DNA of 64,000 nt from the NCBI GenBank assembly GCA_963665295.1, contig OY762209.1, positions 3,840,001-3,904,000 on the forward strand. The letters are read 5' to 3'. This stretch comes from Syntrophorhabdaceae bacterium. GTDB lineage: Bacteria; Desulfobacterota; Syntrophorhabdia; Syntrophorhabdales; Syntrophorhabdaceae. The notes beneath the pieces are model-generated. The model saw only the letters and a list, made by a program, of their open reading frames with translations. It ran no database searches and was not told the DNA's origin. The position numbers and the translations under genes are program-made. This document shows, in pieces, positions 53,284-63,249 of the stretch. Position 1 is the first letter of the stretch. Each line of letters starts with the position of its first letter.

Positions 53284-53877
53284 TTGATAAGCTCAAAAAT
53301 AGGTCATTCATGTGACCATCTTGTGCTTGGAGTCTATCGTTTTTTGTTCCGGGGGAGGGTGGTTAACCCCAACCTTCTTTCGGTCTTCGGCGCAGGTTGC
53401 GCCTTTATCGCCTTTATCGCCATCTCCTTTGACCGTCTTGTTCTTGGAGGCGTGGCCCTCCTGGTGTCTGCCGCATTTGACCTCATGGATGGCGCTCTGG
53501 CGAGAAACACAGGTCAGGTGACCGCCTTCGGTGGATTCCTTGATTCCGTGCTGGACAGATACTCGGACCTCCTCGTAATGTGCGGCATCTTTATCCATTT
53601 CATGAACAGGGGCGTCCATTTCGATCAGGTCATGACTTTCATTGCATCTATCGGCATTGCGGTAATCCCCTATGCGAGGGCGCGGGCTGAGGCGGCCCGC
53701 CTTGCCTGCAACACGGGTCTCCTCGAAAGGCCCGAAAGACTGCTGATCCTCTTATGCGGTCTTTTTTCGGGTTACCTGGGCTATGCAGTCATTCTTCTTG
53801 CCGTATTTACCCACGTGACGGTGATACAGAGGGTTGTGCACACAAAGAGGGTGACGGATCAGGGGACCGACCGGTAG
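53284..53877 (+). CDS. CDP-alcohol phosphatidyltransferase, PIP-synthase-like
   Basis: DLMDGALAR-x7-GGFLDSVLD signature; YARARAE and GLLERPER motifs; adjacent to ino1. Confidence 0.85.
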   Translation: MISSKIGHSCDHLVLGVYRFLFRGRVVNPNLLSVFGAGCAFIAFIAISFDRLVLGGVALLVSAAFDLMDGALARNTGQVTAFGGFLDSVLDRYSDLLVMCGIFIHFMNRGVHFDQVMTFIASIGIAVIPYARARAEAARLACNTGLLERPERLLILLCGLFSGYLGYAVILLAVFTHVTVIQRVVHTKRVTDQGTDR

Positions 53878-53883
53878 GGGACG

Positions 53884-54948
53884 TCAAGCCCTGAGAAGGT
53901 TATATACTTCTTCCTTAAGAACGTCTTTTGCCATCTCCTTGGGTATGCCTGTTTTTACGATCTTTCCCTTGGCGAAAAGGACCGCTTTTGTTTTCCCGAA
54001 GGCCACGCCCAGGTCCGCTTCCTTGGCTTCGCCGGGACCATTGACCTCGCAGCCCATAAGAGCGACGTCCAGGTATTCGCTGATGCCGGCCATTTCCTTT
54101 TCGAATTCTTCCACGATCTCGGCAAGAATCGTCCTGCATCTCCCGCATGTGGGGCAAGAGATGATATTGATGCCCGTTTTCCGGAGCCCCATAGCCCGAA
54201 GGATATGGTAAGCGGCAATGACCTCGTGAATGGGGTTGCCCGTCAGCGAAACGCGGATCGTGTCGCCGATACCTTCATTGAGTAATATGCCTATACCTAT
54301 GGACGACTTGATAGCCCCTGAGAAAACAGGGCCCGCCTCGGTGATGCCTACGTGAAGGGGATAATCGGCGGCCTTGGCGAACTTCTTGTAGGCCTCGATG
54401 CTCTCGAATATATTGGAGGCTTTCAAGGAAACCTTCAGTTCCATCCAGCCCGCATCCTCAAAAAGCTTGGTATAATATAACGCGCTTTCAACCATGGTCT
54501 TGGCGTCCGGCCTGGCCTGGCCGCGGAGCAGCCTTTTCTCAATAGAGCCTATGTTGATACCGATCCTTACAGGGGTTCTGGTTTCCCTGGCAAAGACAGC
54601 TATCTCTTTCACTCTTCGGGCATTGTTAATCGTTCCGGGGTTTATTCTTATCCCGTCTATGCCTGATTCCATAGCCTTCAGGGCAATCTTGTAATTGAAA
54701 TGGACGTCTCCTACGATAGGGACCTCGACTTCTTTCCTTAGAAATGGGATGATCTTGCATGTATCGATCTCCGGCAACGCAATCCTTATAATCTCGCAGC
54801 CCGCCTTCTTCAATTCCATAGCCTGGTTCAATGTGCCCTGAAAATTCTCCGGGTCTGTCTTTAACATGGATTGAACGACCACCGGGTTGCTGCCGCCGAT
54901 GGCAACATTACCGACTTTTATCGTTCTCGTTTTTTTTCGTTTCATCAT
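53884..54948 (-). CDS. ispG: (E)-4-hydroxy-3-methylbut-2-enyl-diphosphate synthase
   Basis: VQSM, RINPG, HVGITEAG, GDTIRVSL, SCPTCGRC and MGCEVNGPGEA motifs. Confidence 0.97.
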   Translation of the reverse strand: MMKRKKTRTIKVGNVAIGGSNPVVVQSMLKTDPENFQGTLNQAMELKKAGCEIIRIALPEIDTCKIIPFLRKEVEVPIVGDVHFNYKIALKAMESGIDGIRINPGTINNARRVKEIAVFARETRTPVRIGINIGSIEKRLLRGQARPDAKTMVESALYYTKLFEDAGWMELKVSLKASNIFESIEAYKKFAKAADYPLHVGITEAGPVFSGAIKSSIGIGILLNEGIGDTIRVSLTGNPIHEVIAAYHILRAMGLRKTGINIISCPTCGRCRTILAEIVEEFEKEMAGISEYLDVALMGCEVNGPGEAKEADLGVAFGKTKAVLFAKGKIVKTGIPKEMAKDVLKEEVYNLLRA

Positions 54949-55108
54949 AATTTAAAAGGGCCTCTCAAGATTCGATTGGGAACGGACTATTGCCGGCGAA
55001 TTATTTTCTGAACTAATTCTGCTATAACCTTATACATTCCCGAAAATCTTGTCAATGGCATATGTCACACTGTCGGTTGGTCCCTGCCGGACGAAAGGGC
55101 AGCGCCGT

Positions 55109-57109
55109 TTACACAGAGACACGAATGGGCAGGATGACTGTTGCCACGCCGTTCCATTGCAGCCGACGCTGGATGGAAAAAGCAGTCTCATTGTGGAGGA
55201 TCTTTTGAAACGGGTTTTCGTGGCGAAATACCAATTTTCCCGTGAAAACGGTGGACCTGGGAAATTCCCTCACCACGGATTCGACAAGGTCCGTCACCGT
55301 GTCCACCACGTCCGTGCCTACATTCATCCTGTAGTCGGCAGGGAAGCCGTGTTGTCGCGTTATCTTCACATATTTTTCCAAATCTTTGTTGACGGAAGTC
55401 TTCAATGCCTCAATTTCCGCAATTCCCTTGAATGTGCCCGAATCGATCTCCGCAACGGAAACAAATATGAAGTTGGTGTATACATTAGGGAAAGACCGGA
55501 CAATGGAGAGGAGCGTATGAAGGCCGAACCCGTTAAAGCCGCTCACGAGTAATATGGCCGTCATCTTTTTGGGGTCCACGGAGTCATGGTTAAAAGGCGT
55601 AACAGCCGGTATATCCGAGAGCATATCTGCAAGCTTCGACATGGCCTTGTGGACCTTTTCGTAATGCCTTCGTATGAGATAGCATAAACCTATCACGAAG
55701 GAGGTAATGACAAGGGTCACCCAACCTCCTTCCTCAAATTTCTCGTATACCGTGACTACAAGAATCGTTACACAGACCACGAGCCCCACCAGGTGGATGA
55801 CGATATGTTTCTTCCAATCCTTGTCCCGGTCCTTGTTCTTGACGAAGAACCTCGTCATGCCGAACTGGGAAAGAGAGAAGGTGACAAATACGTTAATCGA
55901 ATACATGACGACAAGGGCATTGATGGAACCGTGTGTATAAAGAAGGAGCATGAACGCCGCAGCCCCCATGAGGAGCACGCCGTCCTGCATGGTCAAACGT
56001 TCGGAGAGGGCTGCAAACCTCCTGGGGAGCCACCGGTCTATGGCCATGTTCGACATGACCCTTGGTCCATCGATGAAGCCCGTCTGGGCAGCCACGACGA
56101 GTAGCGCGCCTTCTGAGAGAATCGTGATAAGGGCCAGTACATTCCCCATGGGCCAATTTCCAAAAACTCCCTCGGAAAGAATCGCATTCAAAGTCCTGCC
56201 TTCTACCGGTTTTATATTGAAGAGGAGGTAGCAGACCAGGAGGCCGCCTGCGGTAATGGCGAGGGATGTGGCCATATAGACCATCGTCCGTTTTCCTGTC
56301 TGTACCTTTGGTTCCCGCATGATCTGCATGCCGTTTGAGACCGCCTCGATTCCCGTATAGGTTCCCGCACCCAGGGAGAAGGCACGAAGGAATATGGCAA
56401 GCATGCCCAGCATGCCGAGGGTGGAAAGACCTTCCTTAAAATCCGCGCTCACGTGGCCGACGAGTGGTTTAATCTGGTTGGCGTGGCTTGTTATGCCATA
56501 ACCGATGAGAACCACATGGGTGATAACAAAAATTGCAAAGATGGGTGCGAGGAGTTTCACTGACTCCTTAACGCCCCGGAGATTGAGCACCACCAGAAGG
56601 ACGATGAGAAACCCCACAAAAGTCAATTTGTAATTTTGATATGAAACGGGAAGGAAACTGAAAATAGCGTCACCGCACGATACAAGCGATACGGTAATGG
56701 TCAGCATGTAATCGACCAGCAAGGCGCAGCCGGAGATTACCCCCGCATTCTTGCTGATAGTGTGGGTCGCCACAATGTAACCCCCTCCACCATGAGGGAA
56801 GTGCTCGATGATCCTGGAGTATGCGTAGGATATGACCAGAACTGTGACGGCAGTCGCCAGGGCGAGAAACACCGCAAGATAGGTGTGCTGCCCGAGGGTC
56901 CTGAAGGCTTCCTCGGGACCATACGAGGAGGACGACAAACCGTCGGCCCCGAGGCCTATCCATGCGAGTATGGGTATGAGGGAGAGTTTATGGAATATTG
57001 AAGGCTCGCTGACATTGCGGGGGGCGCCGATCAGCGTGCGCTTCACTCTCTCTATTACCGTGGGTTCATGCTCTGAGATGTCAGGGTCCATCTGGTCGTT
57101 CTCCTCCAT
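55109..57109 (-). CDS. APC-family permease, KimA/YdaO-like K+ transporter
   Basis: ADGLSSSSYGPEEA, PHGGGGY, LLVDYMLT and TGIEAVSNG motifs; about 12 TM segments plus a cytosolic C-terminus. Confidence 0.8.
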   Translation of the reverse strand: MEENDQMDPDISEHEPTVIERVKRTLIGAPRNVSEPSIFHKLSLIPILAWIGLGADGLSSSSYGPEEAFRTLGQHTYLAVFLALATAVTVLVISYAYSRIIEHFPHGGGGYIVATHTISKNAGVISGCALLVDYMLTITVSLVSCGDAIFSFLPVSYQNYKLTFVGFLIVLLVVLNLRGVKESVKLLAPIFAIFVITHVVLIGYGITSHANQIKPLVGHVSADFKEGLSTLGMLGMLAIFLRAFSLGAGTYTGIEAVSNGMQIMREPKVQTGKRTMVYMATSLAITAGGLLVCYLLFNIKPVEGRTLNAILSEGVFGNWPMGNVLALITILSEGALLVVAAQTGFIDGPRVMSNMAIDRWLPRRFAALSERLTMQDGVLLMGAAAFMLLLYTHGSINALVVMYSINVFVTFSLSQFGMTRFFVKNKDRDKDWKKHIVIHLVGLVVCVTILVVTVYEKFEEGGWVTLVITSFVIGLCYLIRRHYEKVHKAMSKLADMLSDIPAVTPFNHDSVDPKKMTAILLVSGFNGFGLHTLLSIVRSFPNVYTNFIFVSVAEIDSGTFKGIAEIEALKTSVNKDLEKYVKITRQHGFPADYRMNVGTDVVDTVTDLVESVVREFPRSTVFTGKLVFRHENPFQKILHNETAFSIQRRLQWNGVATVILPIRVSV

Positions 57110-57244
57110 TCAGGTCGATTCATCTCTGTCGTTGAGAGGGCATCTTGCCGACGTCATTGTCGGCGTTGTTGCGGGTACTCCTTCGCAGAAGATAAAATAA
57201 CGTTAATTTGCCGGAAATTCAACTATTTCTCGTGGCCACGGGGA

Positions 57245-59086
57245 CTACATCTCGACTCTGGTCACTACTCCATGGAGCTTATTGGGCGGAAGATCGTGGA
57301 AGTGTATGAAAGGAGGCGCGATCTTCTTGATCAGGGAGAAAAGCCTCCACATTACGTTGTCTGTGGATATTTCTTCAAGCCCATAGAAGATAGCCTTCTC
57401 CTCTATGCCCGCCTTCCTCATCATCCTCTCTATGTTGACCAACTCCATATATCCCACTTCAATGACAAAGAACCTGAGCCCAGGGGCAGGGCTGTCCTGA
57501 AAAAACCCTTTTGCGCCGAAGGGCTTGTCCAGGGTGTTGATGGACACGATTATGTTATCCTCATATATGATGTTATTCATAAATACCGTATGTACCACAT
57601 AAGGAGGGATTTTCTTTGTGTCCCGGGCAAAGAAGAGTGCCGAACCCTTGATTTTGCTGAGAGAAGCATACATCTGATTGTAACTCTCGAGAAAGACGTT
57701 GAGATCGAGGGGCCTTAAGGAACGTCGCAGCTTCCTCTGTCCCGCGCTGTAGATCAGGATTATGGCGAGAGGGATTGCGGCGATAACGAGAGACCAGTAA
57801 CCGCCATGGGGGATCTTGTATGTGTTTGAGGCAAGGAAGATGACATCGATCACCGTAACGAATACGGCGATGCCCGTCTTCAGCAACTCTTTTCTAAGGT
57901 AGAATATGGCAGTCATGAAAATCCCCGTAAGGGTCATGGTCCCTGTAACCGCCAATCCGTATGCCGCCGCCAGACGGCTCGATTCCTTAAACAGGTATAT
58001 TATGGACAAAACCGCAAGAAGGAGAAACCAGTTCACAAACCCGATGTATATCTGCGATCTCAGTTCCTTCGATGTATACTCCAGTTTGAACATGGGGAGG
58101 AGCCGCGTGTTGATTCCCTGATACACTATGGAAAACATCCCGCTTATCATGGCCTGTGAAGCTATCACCGTGGCTACGATACTGAGAAGGACGAAAGGAA
58201 CATAGAGCACCGGAGACTGCCGGAATACCATGCTGAAGAGGACGTTACGCGTATCGCCGGGGTGAACGAGAAGGAATGCACCCTGGCCGAGGTAGCTGAT
58301 AAGGAGGGCAACAAACACCAGATACCATGCCCTGATAATGGGCGTCCGGCCGAGGTGGCCCATGTCCGCGTACAGGGCCTCACCTCCGGTAGCGCAGAGG
58401 ATTACCTCGGAGAGCACGAAGAAGCCTGCTATACCGTTCGAGCACAGAAACTTGAAGGCGTAGTAGGGATTGACTGATTTCCAGACGTATGGGGCGTTTA
58501 TGATGGAGATAAGACCGGACACGGCAAGGACCGCAAACCAGAGAAGCATGAGGGGCCCGAAAGCCCGGGCGACCTTTTCCGTCCCCTTCTTCTGAAAGGC
58601 AAAGAGGATAAAAGCGATAATGGAAGCGATAGTTATGAGAGCCGTCTGCCCCATACCTTCGAAACACGGAATAAGCACGAGGCCTTCCACGGCGCTCAGG
58701 ATACTGATGGCAGGAGTAATGACTCCGTCCCCGATAAGGAGAGACACCCCGATGAAGGTCAGGATGGTGACAAACACCATATATCTCCCTTTCTTGAGAA
58801 GAGGCAGGACTATGGCTCTCAGCACAAACGTTCCGCCTTCACCCTTCTGGCCAAGGGCCATGGCAAGCCACGCGTATTCCACGGATACAAGAATAGTGAG
58901 AGTCCAGATAACCAAGGAAAGGACGCCCATAACATTTTCCCTCGTCGGCGTGGTGAGAAGAAATATTACCGTCAACGTGTAAATGGGGCTTGTCCCGATA
59001 TCTCCAAACACAAGGCCGAGTGAGCGGATAATGCCTGAGACCGCAGATCCTTTGTTTGCCGTATTCATATTTACATTCATATTCAT
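57245..59086 (-). CDS. kup: KUP/HAK/KT potassium transporter
   Basis: GLVFGDIGTSPIY, GEGG, GDGVITPAISILSAVEG, TGGEALYADMGH and AAAYGLAVT motifs; several possible starts (MNMNVNM). Confidence 0.95.
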   Translation of the reverse strand: MNMNVNMNTANKGSAVSGIIRSLGLVFGDIGTSPIYTLTVIFLLTTPTRENVMGVLSLVIWTLTILVSVEYAWLAMALGQKGEGGTFVLRAIVLPLLKKGRYMVFVTILTFIGVSLLIGDGVITPAISILSAVEGLVLIPCFEGMGQTALITIASIIAFILFAFQKKGTEKVARAFGPLMLLWFAVLAVSGLISIINAPYVWKSVNPYYAFKFLCSNGIAGFFVLSEVILCATGGEALYADMGHLGRTPIIRAWYLVFVALLISYLGQGAFLLVHPGDTRNVLFSMVFRQSPVLYVPFVLLSIVATVIASQAMISGMFSIVYQGINTRLLPMFKLEYTSKELRSQIYIGFVNWFLLLAVLSIIYLFKESSRLAAAYGLAVTGTMTLTGIFMTAIFYLRKELLKTGIAVFVTVIDVIFLASNTYKIPHGGYWSLVIAAIPLAIILIYSAGQRKLRRSLRPLDLNVFLESYNQMYASLSKIKGSALFFARDTKKIPPYVVHTVFMNNIIYEDNIIVSINTLDKPFGAKGFFQDSPAPGLRFFVIEVGYMELVNIERMMRKAGIEEKAIFYGLEEISTDNVMWRLFSLIKKIAPPFIHFHDLPPNKLHGVVTRVEM

Positions 59087-59258
59087 AATAGGCGTTCTTC
59101 ATTTTATGTGAACTCAAAGGTAAATTCAATTAATATATATCGTCCCGGGACGTGGGGATGCAAAATTGATGCTCGTGCTGCGGGAAATGCGGGTGTCACC
59201 CGAATAGAACCGATATCTTCCTCCTGGTTCCGCCCTCTTTTTTTCTGCCACCTCCATT

Positions 59259-61050
59259 CCTTAATCCCCCACCAAAAATAATCAAAAACCCCGTTGGCCC
59301 CTACGAATAGGGATGATAGAATGTAGTCACCACACCAAATTCCATCACCAACGAGGTGAATCAATTATGCCACAGGGCCTCCTTCCGTACAAGTATGAAG
59401 AAGAGAAAAGAGAAACAGGCATGACCTCCCTCGCAGGGCTCCCCCTCTACCTCGACCTTGCATCGGCCTTGGGCCTCGCCGGTTCGATCGGTGCTCACAT
59501 GCATATAAAGAGTGAAGGCTGGACAGACACGCAGATAATCCTCACCCTCATTCTTCTGAACCTTGCCGGAGGAGACAGCGTAGACGATGTAACTATCCTT
59601 GAAAAGGATGAGGGGCTGTGCAGAGTCGTGCGGCGAATAGAACAGAAAGGGCTTACCCGCAAGGAACGGAAAGCCCGGGAGCGGCAACGCACGTTCCCTT
59701 CCCCTTCCCCGATATTCCGGTATCTCTCCGCCTTCCATGATGCGCGGGAGGAGAAGAAGAGGGAAAAGGGGAAGGCCTTCATTCCCGCCCCGAACGAGCA
59801 TCTTATGAACCTCATGAAGGTACACCGGGATTTCATCTGCTCCATAGTGAAGTCCGCCTCCCCAAAGGTCGCGACCCTCGATATGGATGCAACCCTGATA
59901 GAGACGTTGAAGAGAAGCGCCCTCTTCAGTTATAAACACCATAAGGCCTATCAACCGTTCAATACCTGGTGGGCGGAACAGGAGTTGATTCTTCATACCG
60001 AGTTCAGGGACGGCAATGTCCCTGCGGGACATGAACAGTTAAGAGTATTCAAGGAAGCCCTCTCAAAGCTTCCTCCCGGTGTAGAGAAGGTCTATCTCCG
60101 TTCCGATACCGCAGGGTATCAACACGACCTCCTGAAGTACTGCGAGAATGGCGAAAATACACGCTTCGGCAGGATCGAGTTTGCCATAGGCGCCGATGTG
60201 ACCTCTGAGTTCAAAAAGGCAGTGGCCCAGGCAGAAGAGTGGAGACCTCTCTATAAAGAAGGAAAGGAGACGGGAAGGGAGTGGACCGAAGTCTGCTACG
60301 TACCCAATGCGGTCGGCCACAGCAAAAAGGATCCGGAATACCGCTACTTCGCTACCCGTGAGCTTTTAAAACAGGATATCCTTCCCGGCATGGAAGGGCA
60401 ACTCTCATTCCCTACGATGATGATGACACAAAAGCGCTACAGGATATTCGGCATCGTCACAAACAGGGATATGGAAGGAGATGAACTGATACGGTGGCAT
60501 TATAAACGGGCAGGGAAATCGGAGGAGGCCCACTCTATCATGAAAGAGGACCTTGCCGGGGGAAGACTCCCAACGGGTAAGTTCGGAGAGAATGCCGCCT
60601 GGTGGTGGATAATGGTCCTCGCCTTTAATATCAATTCGGCATTGAAACGTCTGGTGCTGAAAGGATCATGGGCCACCAGGAGAATGAAGGCGATCCGCTT
60701 TTCCCTCATCAACCTGCCGGGAAGGGTCATGACCCACGCGAGGGAACTTGTGATCCGCATATCGAGAGAACACCCCTCCCTGGAATTATTGTTCGCAGCA
60801 CGGCAACGCATCATGGAGCTTGTACTTTCGGGATAGATGATGAGAAGCGGGGAAGAGACTCTTTGTGGAACGAGACGGCGAAAGGAGGGGTGTGCCCAAA
60901 TCTTACCCGTCAGAGAGGCGTGTGCCATGTCTGGATAGACGAAACGGAACGAAGGGTTCATATTTGATTCCGATTTAAAGGGTGGTGGGGAAAGACGGCT
61001 CGGATGGAGGGCAAAGCAGCGGTAAGGGCGAGAGGGGTGGTGGATTATGG
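59259..61050 (+). mobile_element. complete IS1380-family insertion sequence (1792 bp)
   Basis: Left TIR CCTTAATCCCCCACC matches the reverse complement of the right end, CCATAATCCACCACC, at 13/15; flanked by direct repeat CATT (59255-59258 and 61051-61054); single transposase. Confidence 0.9.
59367..60836 (+). CDS. IS1380-family DDE transposase
   Basis: TSLAGL, TLDMDAT, EFRDGNVPA, LRSDTAGY, YKRAGKSEE and LPTGKFGENAAW motifs; SD GAGGTG. Confidence 0.92.
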   Translation: MPQGLLPYKYEEEKRETGMTSLAGLPLYLDLASALGLAGSIGAHMHIKSEGWTDTQIILTLILLNLAGGDSVDDVTILEKDEGLCRVVRRIEQKGLTRKERKARERQRTFPSPSPIFRYLSAFHDAREEKKREKGKAFIPAPNEHLMNLMKVHRDFICSIVKSASPKVATLDMDATLIETLKRSALFSYKHHKAYQPFNTWWAEQELILHTEFRDGNVPAGHEQLRVFKEALSKLPPGVEKVYLRSDTAGYQHDLLKYCENGENTRFGRIEFAIGADVTSEFKKAVAQAEEWRPLYKEGKETGREWTEVCYVPNAVGHSKKDPEYRYFATRELLKQDILPGMEGQLSFPTMMMTQKRYRIFGIVTNRDMEGDELIRWHYKRAGKSEEAHSIMKEDLAGGRLPTGKFGENAAWWWIMVLAFNINSALKRLVLKGSWATRRMKAIRFSLINLPGRVMTHARELVIRISREHPSLELLFAARQRIMELVLSG

Positions 61051-61099
61051 CATTCTGAAGTATTTGACAAACGTTGCATTTTGATATTCAATTATCCTC

Positions 61100-62014
61100 A
61101 TGTCATCTCTTCCTGAATTCCCTGCTTTCAAAGCCATCGACCTGGAAGACCGCGCCGCGTTTCTCCCCATAATACAAAGGTACCAGCCCGAGAGTTCGGA
61201 GTGGACCTTCACGAACCTTTTCATGTGGCGTGACCACTACAGGTTCCGTTGGTCACTGTACCAAGGCGCGTTGATAGTCCTCGGCAGGGAAAACGGCGGC
61301 GAGACCTTTGCCATGATGCCCCTGGGTCCGCTGCCAAGACGGGAGACGGTACTTATGCTTTTGCGATGGCTCGAAGGAGAAGAAAAAGTCGCGCGACCAC
61401 GCATGGAGCGGGTAGACAAACGCCTTGTCGAGGAACTTCGGGACGAGACCCTCCTGAAGTTTGAGCCTGCGCGGGATCATTTCGACTATGTTTATGCGAG
61501 AGAGGAACTGGCCCTTCTCGCGGGCAATAAATACCGGACAAAGAGAAACCACATAAACAAGTTCAGCAGAACCTACAGGTTCGAATATGCGCCTCTGAAG
61601 GAAGAGCATCTGGATGCCTGTCTGGAACTGCAGTCCACATGGTGCGAGATACGCCGGTGCAAGGAAGACCTCAGTCTTCTCGGCGAATGGGAGGCGATTC
61701 GCGAGATCCTCGCACACTTCACATCCCTTGATCTGCGGGGGGGTGTCGTCACCATTGACGGCAAGGTCGAAGCCTTTACCGTGGGCGAAATGTTGAACAG
61801 CGATACCATGGTGGTTCATATCGAAAAGGCGAATCCGGGGCTTTCCGAACTCTATACCGTGATAAACCAACAGTTCGCGGAGGCGTGCGGAAAAGATGCA
61901 GTCTATTTCAACCGGGAGCAGGATCTCGGTATACCAGGCCTCAGAGAAGCCAAGCTGTCTTATCATCCCCACCACATGGTGGAGAAATTCACGGTTACCC
62001 TGGCCGGTCTCTGA
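61100..62014 (+). CDS. DUF2156 / aminoacyl-phosphatidylglycerol-synthase C-terminal-like protein
   Basis: FTNLFMW, RDHFDYVY, KRNHINKF, HIEKA and NREQDLG..GLREAKLSYHP motifs. Confidence 0.88.
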   Translation: MSSLPEFPAFKAIDLEDRAAFLPIIQRYQPESSEWTFTNLFMWRDHYRFRWSLYQGALIVLGRENGGETFAMMPLGPLPRRETVLMLLRWLEGEEKVARPRMERVDKRLVEELRDETLLKFEPARDHFDYVYAREELALLAGNKYRTKRNHINKFSRTYRFEYAPLKEEHLDACLELQSTWCEIRRCKEDLSLLGEWEAIREILAHFTSLDLRGGVVTIDGKVEAFTVGEMLNSDTMVVHIEKANPGLSELYTVINQQFAEACGKDAVYFNREQDLGIPGLREAKLSYHPHHMVEKFTVTLAGL

Positions 62015-62020
62015 CCGGAT

Positions 62021-63046
62021 TTATATCTTCAAGACTTTGGCTCCCCTTATTTTACTTTCCTTCAATTCCAGGAGGGCCCTATTTGCCTCCTCAAGAGCAA
62101 ATTCCTGAACCTCGGGTCTTATCGGTATCTCGGCCGCCAATTGCAGGAATTCCCGGACGTCCCGCCTTGCCACGTTGGCCACGCTCTTGATTTCTTTCTC
62201 AAGCCAAAGATGTTCCGGGTAGTCGAGGGCAAGAAGAGAACTCTTGTCTTTTCCCTCCTTCCTAATCGCATTTATCACCAGTCTGCCACCCTTGCGAAGG
62301 TTTCTCAGCGACTCGACCACGGGCATCCATGCGGGCGTGGTATCTATTATGGCGTGGAGTCTTTGGGGCGAGGGTTCTTCGATCGACCCGGCCCAAAATG
62401 CCCCCAGTTCCATGGCAAAGGTTCTTTCGGTTACGCTTCTTGCGAAAACAAAGACCCGGGAATTCGGGTATTTGTAACGGGCCATTTGAATCACGAGATG
62501 GGCGGAAGCGCCGAACCCCGTGAGACCCAGGTTATCGCCATCCCTTATGCCTGTCAACCTTAAGGACCGGTAGCCGATTGTCCCGGCGCAAAGGAGTGGC
62601 GCGGCTTCCACATCGGAGAAGGCCTCGGGGACAGGGAAAGCAAAATCCTGCGGTACGGTGCAGTATTCCGCATAACCGCCGTGAGCGTCCCGCCCGGTGG
62701 CTCTGAACTCGTCGCAAAGGTTATCGTCGCCCGCAAGGCAGTATTCACAATGCCCACACGACGAATGAATCCATGCGATGCCCACGCGGTCACCAGGTTC
62801 AAACCGGGTGACCGCGCGTCCCACCTTTTCGACTCTGCCTACCACCTGATGTCCGAGGATCATGGGAAGCCATGCAGGGGCCGTCCTTCCTTCTATTTCG
62901 TCCAGTTCCGTATGGCATACCCCGCAGGCCAGAACTTTGACAAGGATTTCATCTTCTTTTTCAACAGGGCAGGGCATATCCAGCGCCTCCAGCACATCGC
63001 TCTCCCCGTCGACTCTGCCGATCTTTTTCAACACCATCGCTCTCAT
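62021..63046 (-). CDS. zinc-dependent alcohol dehydrogenase family protein
   Basis: CGVCHTELD, GHQVVG, CGHCEYC...NLC and APLLCAG motifs; start at MRAMVL. Confidence 0.92.
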   Translation of the reverse strand: MRAMVLKKIGRVDGESDVLEALDMPCPVEKEDEILVKVLACGVCHTELDEIEGRTAPAWLPMILGHQVVGRVEKVGRAVTRFEPGDRVGIAWIHSSCGHCEYCLAGDDNLCDEFRATGRDAHGGYAEYCTVPQDFAFPVPEAFSDVEAAPLLCAGTIGYRSLRLTGIRDGDNLGLTGFGASAHLVIQMARYKYPNSRVFVFARSVTERTFAMELGAFWAGSIEEPSPQRLHAIIDTTPAWMPVVESLRNLRKGGRLVINAIRKEGKDKSSLLALDYPEHLWLEKEIKSVANVARRDVREFLQLAAEIPIRPEVQEFALEEANRALLELKESKIRGAKVLKI

Positions 63047-63113
63047 GCTGCACGGCCTCCCGGTGTATTGTTTTTCCTGCAATCCATCCCGGCTTTCGTC
63101 ATGGAAATATTTG

Positions 63114-63143
63114 TTGACAAACCGTTCCTTGAGAATTTACTAT
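63114..63143 (+). promoter_or_regulatory. sigma70-type promoter for the purH(N)-purD operon
   Basis: TTGACA-N18-TACTAT. Confidence 0.5.
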
Positions 63144-63249
63144 AACTCTTGTTCGCGAGATTGTCCATAACGGCTGTCGGGCAAAGGCATCTCATGTTTA
63201 TCTTGTTTCCTGTAATTCCAAAGACTTAGCCATTAAGAAGGAGGGACAT

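Noticed and set aside
59087..59258. Possible c-di-AMP (ydaO) riboswitch before kup
   Set aside because: Consensus segments (GCTGAA, GGAACC..GGGGTGAAT, CCCGTCAGCTAAC) are not present together.
63150..63249. Possible ZMP/ZTP (pfl) riboswitch before purH-purD
   Set aside because: Only a weak hairpin; the conserved GACTGGCG and CGCCTGGG pseudoknot elements are not visible.
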